The position numbers and the translations under genes were made by a program. Below, one piece after another: positions 51,161 through 62,864 of a stretch of 64,000 nucleotides of DNA. Every line of letters begins with the position of its first letter. Within the stretch, counting starts at the first letter, position 1. The notes beneath the pieces are model-generated. The model was not told the origin of the DNA. It saw only the letters and a program-made list of their open reading frames with translations, and made no database searches. The stretch is from Camelus dromedarius (Eukaryota): NCBI RefSeq assembly GCF_036321535.1, contig NC_087452.1, positions 4,340,001 through 4,404,000 on the forward strand. The letters run 5' to 3'.

Positions 51161-51990
51161 AATATTATGGGATTGTCCCAGTGAACTTTGTTTTATATTT
51201 TTGTTAGGTGTAATTTTTTTGTAAATACAAGTATGAACTAAATTCACTTGGACAGTTAACCACTTAAATATATCCATTTTTAGGACATTATAAAATAAAT
51301 AACCCTCCTGTGAAGTGAATGAGCACCTTGTCACTTGGATTTTCAAGAACACTTACTAGCTTATTAACAAAAGATGCATTCCTACCTTTGCTAGTACACT
51401 TTATTACTGAGAGAGAAATAAAAGTAATATAATAAATACATTATACATAATATGTGATATATATACTACATACAAATAACCTAAAATAATATAATTATAA
51501 GAGATTCAGGAAAACTATTCAGGTTTTTCCCTACTTCACGCCCAACTCAAAGACAGCCACCCAACTCCAGGCGGGCCTGGCAATGTTCCCCGGTCACAAG
51601 GCAGGGTTAGATTATTGCCTGCTCTTAGTCACCGTCCCTCCCTCTAATGCCCCCGTTTAATCTAGGTAACAACAGTCATGAACTTCAGAGGGATGCAAGT
51701 TGTCTGTCTTGTTCATCGCTTTATATCTCTTCTCTAAAATGGCTCTTAGCACAAAGTAGGGGCTCAACAGATTTTTGTTGAATAACTAAATCTTCATTAA
51801 AAAGAAGCTTCTTCTCAGGAGATTGCTATAGGATGTATCACCGCCAAGTTTGTGTTACCCACAAACTCGGACAGCCGTAAACCGAGTTTTGTTAGCTGAG
51901 GTTTGCCTTGGGCTGTATTAAGGATTCAATCATCAGAAACGGGGGGAAGCAGAAAGAGAAAAGAAATACGTAGTATCCCTGATATAAAAT

Positions 51991-52105
51991 TTTTTAAAGG
52001 TAATTAAGTTTATTTCTATACTTATTTTAATGGCTGTGCTGGGGACTGAACCCAGGACCTCGTGCATGCTCGGCGTGTGCTCTACCCCGAGCTACAGCCT
52101 CCCCC
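51991..52105 (-). mobile_element. tRNA-Ala-derived camelid-type SINE
   Basis: GGGGACTGAACCCAGGACCTCGTGCATGC...TCTACC...GAGCTAC...CCCCC is the reverse complement of the family head. Confidence 0.88.
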
Positions 52106-52879
52106 TAAAATTGCTAAAAAGCTTTAAAAACACTGTTTTCATTTAGATAAAGGCTAAACACATCAGGCTGATAGAAATTTCTCAAAAGAAGTTCCAAAAA
52201 AAGTGACAAGAAAAATGTAACCTGTAATCTGGGTCAAAGGCAAAACTACTTAATTCTCCCTTTGGGATTTCTAGAGCAATGCAACAGAAAAAAAGGAAAA
52301 ATGAATTAATTCAAAAGGTACTGCACTGTGTGTGTGTGGTATGCATATAAATATATCGCTGTATGTGTATATATACATATTCATGTATATGTATCTTTCA
52401 TAGTGTTCACTCCAAGGTCTGACAAGATTTTGGGAAACCTCTACTCACTTGCTATTCTAAAGCTTCTGTTGTTTTAAAAATTATTATCACAAATTGCACC
52501 AAGGTCTCAATAACCATCTGTGGTAGACGTTTACCTTCATCAGCTACTTATGGTTACAGCATTCTGTCAAGAGTTGGTAAACAAGTAACTCTATCATGAG
52601 GTTATTTAATTTTAGAAAAAAAAAAAAACAAGCATACATATTTTTTAGAAAAATTTTTCAAATGCGGTGACTTTAAAATAAAATAAATCTGGAAACTATT
52701 GTCAAAAAGCTCTGTTTGCTGATGCATGCAAAAGATCAAACAGAGCACAGGCCCAAAATCAAACCTCACATACAGCTGAGAAAACTAAGAAGCTGTAACA
52801 GACAATCTTTTCCTCAAACAGAGGCTAGTCAAGCAGAGTACAGAAAAGCCCAAGATGTGAAATAAAATTAAGTGTGAAA

Positions 52880-52985
52880 TAATATGAAAATAAATCTATG
52901 TACATTCATGTATGACTGGAGCACTGTCCTGTACACCAGAAATTGACACAACGCTGTAAATTGACTATACTTCAATTAAATAAGT
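52880..52985 (+). mobile_element. Short L1 3' end (camelid type)
   Basis: GTACACCAGAAATTGACACAACGCTGTAAATTGACTATACTTCAATTAAA. Confidence 0.8.
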
Positions 52986-53800
52986 AAACATTTTTTTTAA
53001 AAAAAGAAAGAAAACCAGGTATAACAGAAAAGAATTCATGTTATATCCCCCATCATATCCAATGGCTTCAAAGAAATAAAATAGCTCGAGGGTTCTCAAC
53101 ATTTCATTTACTCTTTGCTTGATCTTCACTGATCAGGGTCACAGACAGACACCAAAAAAGCAAAAATGTAGGCTTTTAATTATGGAAGTAATCTTATATC
53201 ACTGGCTAAACTTTGGAAAAGGGAGAAAAGTAAAAAAAACAAGCAAAAAGCCCTCCACAGCCTCACTATTTTAATATAACTGTCATAATTTCTGCATATT
53301 CCCTTCCAGATTTCATATACATATGTTTGTATAAGGTTGCAATCAATAGTGCATATACATTTTCTGTGCTACTTTTTTAAATTTACTATTTTCAGATTTG
53401 CTATAGTTTTCCAAATTGTCAGTGGTAATTAGATAACATTCCACCTAATAATTATGCCTTACTTTACTTAACCATTTCCCTGTTGTTGAATAGTTATTTC
53501 CAAATACTGGGTCCTATAACAGTATTTTTATGAAAGTCTTTGTGTATATGGCTTGTCCTATATTCTCCATATCTTTGGGAAAAAAAAAATCTCAGAAGTT
53601 GGGGTGTAGTATCAGAGTGTGCAATATATTGCCCAATTGCTTTTTTAGCATGCTAAACTAAGTCATGGTGACATCAGTTATATATGAGTACAAGTTTCTT
53701 CAATTCCTGAATCATAGGATTTTAGAATTAAAAAAAAAAACTTTTAATCAATAATCACAAGGAATGGTGTATTTTCTACTGTCAGTAGACTGGAACTTAC

Positions 53801-53910
53801 AAATCCAGATCTTGTAAGTCTGTTTAATGTGAGTCCACCATCCTTGGTGATTTTATAAAATCCAGTCTTTGAAGCTGTAGTCTGTGAATGTGGAGACTGA
53901 GGCAACCAAT
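53801..53910 (-). other. Candidate 5'UTR cassette exon (110 nt) between A1 and A2
   Basis: Acceptor TTCTTCTTACCTTAG|A and donor TTT|GTAAGT. There is no transcript evidence. Confidence 0.35.
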
Positions 53911-54182
53911 CTAAGGTAAGAAGAACCACTGATGCTCAGACTAAGAAGGTAGCCTCTTTTGACACAAGCTTATTGACAACAAGATTGAGCTTCTCTAAGT
54001 AATAAAATGCCAAACAGATAGAGGTAATTTTACAGGATGGTCCCAAGAGATTCTACCAATGGGGGGAACACGGCAAGGAACTTCACTGCAGGCAAGAGTA
54101 AGGCCCACCCAAAATAATCCAAACTCACTGCGCTGACCATGGGGCTCCAGGCTCTCAGAATGGATGCATGAATCATCTTAGG

Positions 54183-54370
54183 TGAGAGGTTCCCGAATAG
54201 TATACATGAGAATCCCCGGGAGAGATTTTTAAAAGCTCCCTAAGCCCCATCTCCAGGGTCTCGGATTCAGTAGGTCTGGGGGTCAGGCCTGAGAATCTGC
54301 ATTTCTACCAAGTTCCCAGCTGAGGCTGATGCTGCCGGTCCAAGGACCACACTTGGAGAATCATTATCTT
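54183..54370 (+). mobile_element. MER5A-like hAT-Charlie DNA transposon (MITE)
   Basis: GGATTCAGTAGGTCTGGGGGTCAGGCCTGAGAATCTGCATTTCTACCAAGTTCCCAGCTGAGGCTGATGCTGCCGGTCCAAGGACCACACTTGGAGAA is the characteristic MER5A core. Confidence 0.88.
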
Positions 54371-57300
54371 AGACTATGTCTTTGTTCTTTTAAAAACATT
54401 TATCAAGTACCTAATATGTACTGTGCCATGTGCTGGAAATAGACGAATAAGACTAGTCAGTACCTGCTTTAAGAAATTAATAATGTATATTTTTGTAGAC
54501 ACCATACTGCTCTAGTCCTAAAAGTCAACAAACTTGGATCTTGTTGAAAACAAAGTTTCAAAATATATCATATTGCCTTTAAATAAAGCCAGGATGTTTC
54601 TAATCAGTTCCAAATGCTTTAGGAAAACATGTAGTAATCCCACATTGGCACATGCCTGGGTGTTTTTTTCACTCTTCTGGATTTTATTAACATATGCAAA
54701 TAATCTGTTACAGTATCTTCATTTATATACACACTATTCAAACGTTTGTTCCCTTTTATAACTCTATCCACCATAAAAAAAAAAGAGAAAGAACTTGTGT
54801 AAGTACTTTTCCATATGCAATCAAAAACTGGTTTACAAACACCAGGTAATTATCAACTGACAGAAAAGACCACCACTGAATAAGGTCAGGCTTGGGGACT
54901 CTCCGATTTAGATTCAGGATTCAGCAACGCTGGGGAAAAGTGAATGATAAGTAAACAATATGCTTAGTCATGTGCATGAGAGTGGCCCACACTTAGCTGT
55001 TAAACACCACTATGAGCTGATACACAGAATTAATGAACTTGCTTTCGAGGTGGCCACTTAGCTTCTATTTCCATCAGAGATACACTGGCTTCCCATAACT
55101 ATTGTTGGCAAAAAAGAAAAAAAAAAAGAAAAAAAGAAAGTATGTATAAAATGTTATGATCTGTAGATCTGCCCAAGGATGGAGCATTATTTATACATCT
55201 TTGGCATTTTTTTTTAATGACGTGATTGAAAGATTGCTTCTGTTCCATCTACTGGAAAGCTACTTTAAAAGTCTGGAGGAACCACTCGTGAAGAGACTAG
55301 ACAATGTGTCTAACATGACAGAGAAAATGAACACACTGAGAGGATTATTCACATATTTGCTTACAGTAACCAACGGCTAACTCCTAAACTTAATTTGGGT
55401 AAGATTTCCTATATAAACTGACATTTAGGAATAACAACTTGTTTTCTCTGAAGGAAGAAAATGGTTTAGGAAGAATAACATGTGTTGATTTTTAAGAGGA
55501 AAATACAAGCACATAAAGGAAAGTATATCCTTTCTTATCACTATTTCAAGTGGCTACTTTCATATTTGGTTTCATGGAGAATCAGGGACAGGAATCACTT
55601 TAATTTTATTTTTCCTTTTCCCGATTCCCTTTTCAAACTCCAAGTGTGTTCACTATCCTTTAAAAGCCTTGTTTTCAGGTAAGCAAGCAAACCAGGAACT
55701 AACCTCTCCAATTTTCGCTGATGGTATCTACAAGAATGAACCCTGCTGGAAATACTGGCATTCTGAAAGTGAACTCCAAATGTCCAAATGCCACAAACAG
55801 TGTTGGAGGTGGAATGAAGGCCAGTGGGGTGGGGTCCAGGTTAAGGAGTTCTTTCCAGCACTTCATCATTGCGCCCTGGCAGCCTGATGGCTATGCTTCC
55901 TCACTGCCTTCACTATAAAGGAATAGTTATTCCTGAAACATACAGGGAAAGAATGTCTTCTTCCCATGCACTTTCCCAGATTCTCTCCTGAAGCAACTAA
56001 CATGTAGAGCCCGAGAGATTAGCAGTGCTAAGTGGCAACTTCAGAATTTAAAGTTATCCTAAAAGTCTATGATGTCACTGAGGAGCAGGGTAAATTCTTA
56101 GAAACCAATCCTTTGATTCAGTTACTGTGCAATCTGCTGAGTGTGGGAGGAGAGCGCACACAGACCTCTTACACGCCCACTCAGGGTATTTCCCTACTTT
56201 TCTGTCTCCCTCCTACCTACCTTCTCCTTATCTCTTGCCCCAGGTTTATGCTAATCTGAACTCTTCCCAGAAGGTCAGGAAATCGGTCTCAAAAAGTCTT
56301 ATCCGCATATTATAATTCTCCTAGATGAGCCTACAAATTAAAGTGTTTTTTTCTTTAATCAGTTAAAATCAGCAATGAATTTATTTTCTAAAAACCAATG
56401 AAGTAGAATAAAAATGGTTCCTAAACAAGATACTGAATCAAATGGAACTAAACTACCATAGGATCTAGTGTAAATCCTCAGTGTAAAGGTTTAAATCTCT
56501 ATTTTAAATGATTCATGGTGCATGAAGGGATGGCTTCCTGCCTTTCCGTTTTATCTGTGATATCGCAGTAGGGAAAGGAACCTCACTGCACCTCGTCCCA
56601 AAAAAGGTTTTCCAGTTGAGAATGGCCTGGTCACCAGAAGAGCTGGAGGTGCAGCAACAGGTCTGAGAAAGCCCAAACTGTACCATTAAGACCACGGGAG
56701 TCAGGGCTGCGCCCCACTCCCCTCCCGCAGGCAGGGAGCCACAGAAGAACAGAGCGCTATCCACAGGCACTGGCCCTCCGTGCCCCCATCCCTTTAGTTA
56801 TGCCCCTACTGGGGTTAGACAGATGCGAACTCCAGGAACAGAGTGGGGATTTGGGCCTGGAACCGAGTCCCTTCCTTTCTTGCACAGGAGACATTTCACA
56901 GTAAAATATATTTTTAACAATCCATAAGGAGAACTTCAAATTTATCACTGGCATGAGGTACAGTTAATTATATGCTTTTCCAGTGCGTCCCTACGAGTAA
57001 ATGGGTGGGTTCCTAGGAGGCATGTTCACTTTTCAAACCACTAAAAGCCAATTTTTGCCACAGCTTCTTAAAAAGAGACCCAATTTTTATGACACGCACA
57101 CTCTTTAGCCTTTAAGGCTGTGATATTAAACCATCTTTTGATCTGAAGGACCTCACTATAAAACAAACATACATTAAGTACTCACAGAGTGTACCATAAA
57201 AATATGTAAAGACTAGAACTTCATCAAATAAAAGCACAAGCTGAGCCTTCTGGACTCATCAGAAATAAAAACTGACACAAAAAGATACATACTATGTCTA

Positions 57301-58607
57301 CACAGGACACACACAGACATTATCAATAAAACAAAAGTAATTCTTAGGCTTATTTTTGTCTGAAGTCACCAAAGAATAGAATATACAATTTTAAATTGAA
57401 TAATGATGAAATATTTCATTTCAGAAACAGTTGATAAATTGATCACTACATGGCAAGCATTATCTTCAGTTCATCCTTAACAATCTTCTCAAAATTAGTG
57501 CTAGGGTGAACTATCTATATGTGCAAAAGAGTTAGCTCAATTAAATCCAGTGCCAAGGTCGTATCATTTAAGATACACAGGTTTGCTGATAACGTCTTAC
57601 AATCACACAAGAAAGAAAGAAAGCCCAGAATAATAATCGCAATTATTTTCCCATTTCATTGATGAGGAAATGGAGAGTTAGAAAGGATAAGTGACTTGCC
57701 CCGCTACAATAATTATTACGGTCAAAAATATTAAGATTCACATTCTGAATTAAATATTCATTATTAAAATATAGATGTGTGTTGAATGCTGAAGAAAAAT
57801 ATTAAGAATATATAAACCTGTTTCTTTAAATAAAAAAAATAATTTAAGTATATACCATTATTGGTGATAGTTGTAGTCTTAACATCCCCAAAGGTTTTCC
57901 CCCAATATATGATCTATTGTATTTGAGCTGATTTCCTTCCAAGCGCCTACTGAAGTATTTTAGGTAAATAAAAGTTAAAACATGACATTTTTATTAAATG
58001 TGCTTCAAAAGGTAGGCCATATAACTCCCTCAAATCTATCTCTGTATTGTGATGAAATACAAAATAGCAAACAAGAAAACCCAGGAAGATTACAAATAAT
58101 CTTCAATTTAAAAGTGTCACCTAGATGACCACGGAGCTAACTGAAGTCTACGACGTAAGACGCCGGGGCTGTCTATGCTTGCAAGGTGGTTATTCACAGA
58201 TCTCACTGTACTTTTGTGGAGTCAACTATATTAGTTTCAAAGGACCTTTGTAAGCATTTTAAAAAAAAATCACTGCCCTTTCTATTGCTTTTAGGCCTTA
58301 AGAGAGAGAAAGGAACAGCTCAGGAGGTCAACTACCCTGATGTGGAGATCTGCTAGGAAAAATAAGAAAAGCAAGTTAAAAATTCAGTTTAACAATTATG
58401 AGGTGCAGGGGGTGTATGTTGACGCCTATAGACTGGTGACATATCAAGTTTTCTCCATTAGTGAGTCAAAAAAACTCCTCTCCAACTCCAGTTTATTTAG
58501 CGGAATCCTATGAGACCCAAAACTTCTTCCAGGACATTTGCCACACCTTCTGACATTATTATATTTCCAAGTTCAAGTGACAGTGAATTCAGCAGAAGAA
58601 CACTCAC

Positions 58608-58658
58608 AAATTAGAATGACCAACATTTTCTATTCTACCCAATGGACATATATAGATC
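58608..58658 (-). other. Candidate 5'UTR cassette exon (51 nt) between A1 and A2
   Basis: Acceptor TTTGC(T)nATAG|G and donor TTT|GTGAGT. There is no transcript evidence. Confidence 0.35.
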
Positions 58659-60482
58659 CTATAAAAAAAAAAAAGCAAATATAACAGACTAGGATAAATA
58701 AAACATTTGTGAAGTATTCTTTCAACATTTTCTTCTACTTCATGAAAATCTCCTGTATTTGACAACCATTTCACAATTTGAAAACTAAATGAAATGTATT
58801 ATTAATACTTGTGTATGTTTTCACAGCAGTGCCATTCACATAGCTTTCGCACACATAATTATCTTGATAATTAGGGTCAATGGCGAACATCCTTATTTTC
58901 AGAGAATTACAGAAGAGAGAAAATTAGTATTTGTTTATACTCATATGACTTAATAATTAAGAGAAATTAACTGCAATCACTAATGTATTTCTAATGCATA
59001 ATTCTAAAGTCACACTTTTTTCCTGTATAAATTTTAATACACAGGGATAATGCAATTTTAAAGTCATAGGGATTTTGGAATTAACACTGATTTTTAAAAA
59101 AATTATAATTTATCCATTTTTAAAATGTAGTCTTGAAAAATATACAAAAAAAGAACATTAAGGAAACTAGTGCCGTCAAAGAAAATAGTATTTAATTATT
59201 AAAAATCCCAATTGCAAAAATATTTTCAAGGAAGTTTAATAAAGAATATGATGCTGGTGGACATTTTAAATTAAAAAAAAATTACATATATTTTAAAATT
59301 TAACAGAATGAAAAAATAGCACTCAAAAAGCTTAGCCTCAAAATTCTCCAAACCTTTACACTTCACCGATGCCATGTTTTCATAGTAGTTATCGTAAAAG
59401 CCAGAAACAAATGTTTAAATATGAAAAAGTTTTGACTTAAAAAATAAATCACCAGGTTTTTTTTTTCCTTCCAGTGATTTGCAAAAGATTGAGCGGTTAG
59501 TCACTAGTTGATTCTAAGATCTTTAAATTTAAGACATAATTATCAGCAAGTGAAATATCAAATAGCATTATAGTTTAAATAAAGGAGAATTATGGGAAGT
59601 ACACAGTAAGAAAAAATAGACAGTTTTGTAAGAAATTTCACTTTTTGGCTAACATCGTTCATTTTAAAATTTTGTATATTAAAGAATATTATGGTACTGT
59701 ATTAACTTCAGAGTGAATCAGATTTAAACTAGACAACACAAAATCTGTTTTCAAACTTGAACAAGACCTTTTGAAATATCACTCCAAAAGCTACCTGGCA
59801 ACATCTATGCGTGTTTTCTATAGAACTTTCATAGGAGTGGAAGGTGTTTCTTTAAGAGAGAAGCCACAGTGAGTGTCTATGTCAGTCTCTACCCCTGAAG
59901 GGTTTTCTGAATCAACTAGACCATCAAGAGGTCCTGTTTTCAGTAGCGAATGATCACTTAGGTACGGACAGGAATACCTGGGATCTGTCCAAGATCTGCC
60001 CAGGTCCTTCTAAAGGGTGTTTAGTCATTGCTCTCCCAATAACTCCAGTTACAATTTGTTTCATGGATGACAAAAACAGTTGACATTAAGACAATGGACT
60101 TCAAAATCGAGTTTCTCCAGCAACAGGTTTCAGACAACTCAGTTAACCATCTTGCCTGGTTTTGTTTTCGGACGATAATTTCTACAAATCAATTTTACAT
60201 TCTGTCCCCAGTCTTGAAAGGAAAAGAAGAAAAACCTTTAGCTTTCTCATGACAGAATACTAATTTTAGACTTTATTTCTCCTAAAACAATTGACACTAT
60301 TTTCCCAGCCATTATTTTAAGACTCAAGTGAACTGGAGTCTTACAGTAAAACAACTGCACCATAGAATTTTAAAACGACGTACGTAATATCATCATCATG
60401 ACCATCAGGATCATCACCTTGCAAATTCTGGACGCATCACCAACACATTTCAGCAAAATGCAATTACAGTAAGTCGACTCAC

Positions 60483-60600
60483 CTAAGCAGTGGGAGCTCA
60501 GGAGAATTTAGAAACGCAGCCTTCTGATCGCCAGCAGAGGTAAAGGCCCCTTCTTTACCTAACAACTGACCTTATATAAAAGCAGCAGATAGGTTACTCC
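60483..60600 (-). other. PPARG: Alternative non-coding first exon of PPARG about 1 kb downstream of A1
   Basis: Strong donor CTTAG|GTGAGT at 60483/60482. The preceding AGAAGGCTGCGTTTCTAAATTCTCCTGAGCTCCCACTGCTTAG resembles a remembered human alternative first exon. The 5' end is unknown. Confidence 0.7.
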
Positions 60601-60699
60601 CAGTTTCTGCCTCCTTACTTAGGCTCCTCCCCAAATACCAAGGCAGAAAGTACCACAACTACACACCCAGTTTCCACCCCCTACACGGAGGGACCAGTG

Positions 60700-61930
60700 A
60701 CTTCGGTGAAGCTGCCTACCCCTACCTACCCTAGTTAGGCTCCAACGAGCGGCAGGTGAGCCGGGCACGTGTAGGAGACAGCGCGCTCAGGCCACCTTCC
60801 CAACCACCGCGGGGGAGGGAGGGGGCCGCGCTCTCCATCCCCGGCCACCGGGGGAAGCCAGGCCACATCCCCAGCCTCTCCACTCGGCTCAGGGCCAGCA
60901 CGGTGCTTAAGGGCACCGGGGCTGGGGGACCCACAGTGCGCCCCCAGGCTTCTGTCACCACAACCCCATAGTGGTCACCCCGCGGGTGCCGGAGACCCAG
61001 CCGGACTCCGGGGCCGCCGGACGCACCCGCACGGGGTCTCTCGGACGCCCGCGCACCTCCGCCGGGTTCAGGGACCCCCGTGCTGTCGGACCCGAGGCAG
61101 GCGCGCGCCGAGGGGGTCGGCCCCGGCCGCCCGGGGCGCACGGGCTCGCGTCCCCGGGTGCGGACCGCCGCCCGTCACACCGCGGCCGGTGCCCCTCGCC
61201 GCCCGGTTTGCTCGCTCTGCGCCGGGACGTCTCCTCAGGGCGCGCCCCTCGGCGGCGACCTGTCACCCCGGTGCCCTCGGACCGCGACCCCTCCTCCCCA
61301 GGCCCCTCAGCCCGAGACCGCTTCGGCCCGGCTCCTGTGAGCGCGCCTCAGCCCGCGTCCTTCCGCCCGACCCTCCGCGGCCCCGGTCCCCTCGGCGCGC
61401 CCCCTCCTCACACGGGCCCGCGCCCCCGCCCCGGGGGCCGCTGCCCCGAGCGCCGCGGGCAGCCCGACTCTGACCTGCGGCGATGACTGGCGCCCCGCTC
61501 CGGTGTCCGGGCGGCCGACCCGAGCGCCCCAGGCGGCTGCTCCGGCGCGGGCTCCGAGTGCGGTCGGCCCCGCCTGCAGCGGCCGGGCCAAGCCGGGCCG
61601 GGCCGGGGGCGGGCGGGGGCGGGGGCGCGGGGGCGCGGGGGCGGGGAGCGGCCTGGGCGCCGCCGCCCTGCGCACAGTAGGACCCCTGCCCGCCGGGCCC
61701 ACCTTCTCTGGAGCGCCTACTCTGCGCCTGGCCTCGCTTGTTCCTCACAACCACCGCTGGGAGGCGGCCCAGAAATGGTCCCATTTTACTCAGGAGGGAC
61801 CGGCCGGAGCCCAGAAAGATGCCCACGGTCACGTCGGGGAGAGCCGAAGTGTGGGATTCCGGAGCCGCCCGCCCTCCCCAGGCCCGCGTGTGTCGCTTTC
61901 GCGCAGAGGTCCGCGGGTCTGGCTTAATTT
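60700..61930. promoter_or_regulatory. PPARG: CpG island / PPARG P1 promoter with GC boxes
   Basis: Very high GC and CpG density against an AT-rich background, with many GGGCGG motifs at about 61590-61650. Contains exon A1. Confidence 0.95.
61475..61660 (-). other. PPARG: PPARG non-coding exon A1
   Basis: The minus strand reads CGCACTCGGAGCCCG...GCCGCCTGGGGCGCTCGGGTCGGCC...GGACACCGGAGCGGGGCGCC...GCCGCAG|GTCAGA, matching remembered human A1. The 5' end is approximate. Confidence 0.9.
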
Positions 61931-62189
61931 TCAATTTCTTTTCAATGACTTTCTTAAAAAAAAAAAAGAAAGGAAGGAAGAAGAAAAAGAAAAGAAAGAA
62001 ATTAAAGCATATTTAGGACACCTGGTTTTTATTCCATACCCGATGGCACGGCACACTTTCAGCGCCCCCCTTTCACATTTGTACTTCACATAGGTATTCA
62101 TGAGTCACTTAAAGTGACAAAGTTTTAGTTGTAAAAAATTTAAGTATTCAAACTCATTGACAGAACTTAAAAAATTCTTCAGCTGTGTT

Positions 62190-62400
62190 TCTTACGCTGA
62201 GGGACGCGGACACGTCGGGTGGGGGCGGGGCGGGGCGCGGGACGCTCAAGTTGCGGCGTTTGACGGGCAGTTTGGGGATGTGCTGCCCCGGTGCATGGAC
62301 TTGGCGGACTCCGGACAGCTTCGGCTCCTGCTGCTCCCTTTATCCTGACCGGCCCAGAGGGGTTCCATAGATGCCCAACCGGAAAGTGTCTGGTCTTCTG
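62190..62400. promoter_or_regulatory. Second small CpG/GC-box cluster upstream of P1
   Basis: GGGGGCGGGGCGGGGCGCGG at about 62220-62240 and local CpG enrichment, separated from the main island by an A-rich spacer (about 61955-62010). Confidence 0.6.
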
Positions 62401-62864
62401 GACTGAAGGCCTTACTTTTCTTGCCTTTTTTTCAGTCTCAATGACTGAACATCCTGCTCCAGGCCTGGCCCTCCTGGGGGAGGCAAAGCTGAATAAAGAC
62501 GCTTGTCAGTTACCAGCCCACGATGCTCTCCAGTCCTTTAGCGTCTTCATTTGCTGCGCGTGGCTAGTTTTTTTCCTCTAATGCAGATGGTCCTGATTTG
62601 TAGTTCAAAGTAAAATATTATGAGGACAGTTATCACCTCAGGGAAGCTTCAGAGATTCAGGAACACCACTCGTCCCCTACAATAAGAAGTTAAGAGCCAA
62701 AGCTATATAAGGACTTCAAAGAAGACCATTTTATAGACCATTGAAACACGCATTCCTTCACCTGCCATTTCAGATTGACAGGGCTCAGCTTTCTACATCC
62801 GGGCACAGAAGTCCTGCATGCAGCCTACTTCCAGAGCACCCCAGAATCCCAGTCTGCTTTTTTA

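Larger units (their letters stand above)
1..61660 (-). other. PPARG: PPARG gene, 5' portion (exons A1, A2, B and introns); shared coding exons lie outside the window to the left
   Basis: Exon B translates to the PPARgamma2 N-terminus. Exons A1 and A2 match the remembered human 5'UTR exons. Order and spacing (A1-A2 about 23 kb, A2-B about 32 kb) fit PPARG architecture. Confidence 0.96.

Noticed and set aside
55703-55952. Minus-strand exon-like segment containing a 56-codon ORF (MMKCWKELL...)
   Set aside because: The donor is mediocre (GAG|GTTAGT) and the protein is unrecognisable. Chance level for a long intron.
59000-59750. Very AT-rich, A-tract-dense stretch as a matrix-attachment or bent-DNA element
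   Set aside because: Composition alone gives no specific support, and similar stretches occur elsewhere in the window.
60731-62581. Many long overlapping ORFs (up to 223 aa) in the CpG island
   Set aside because: Stop-codon scarcity in GC-rich DNA explains them. They are low-complexity Pro/Arg/Gly/Ala translations in several frames and on both strands, and exon A1 is known to be non-coding.
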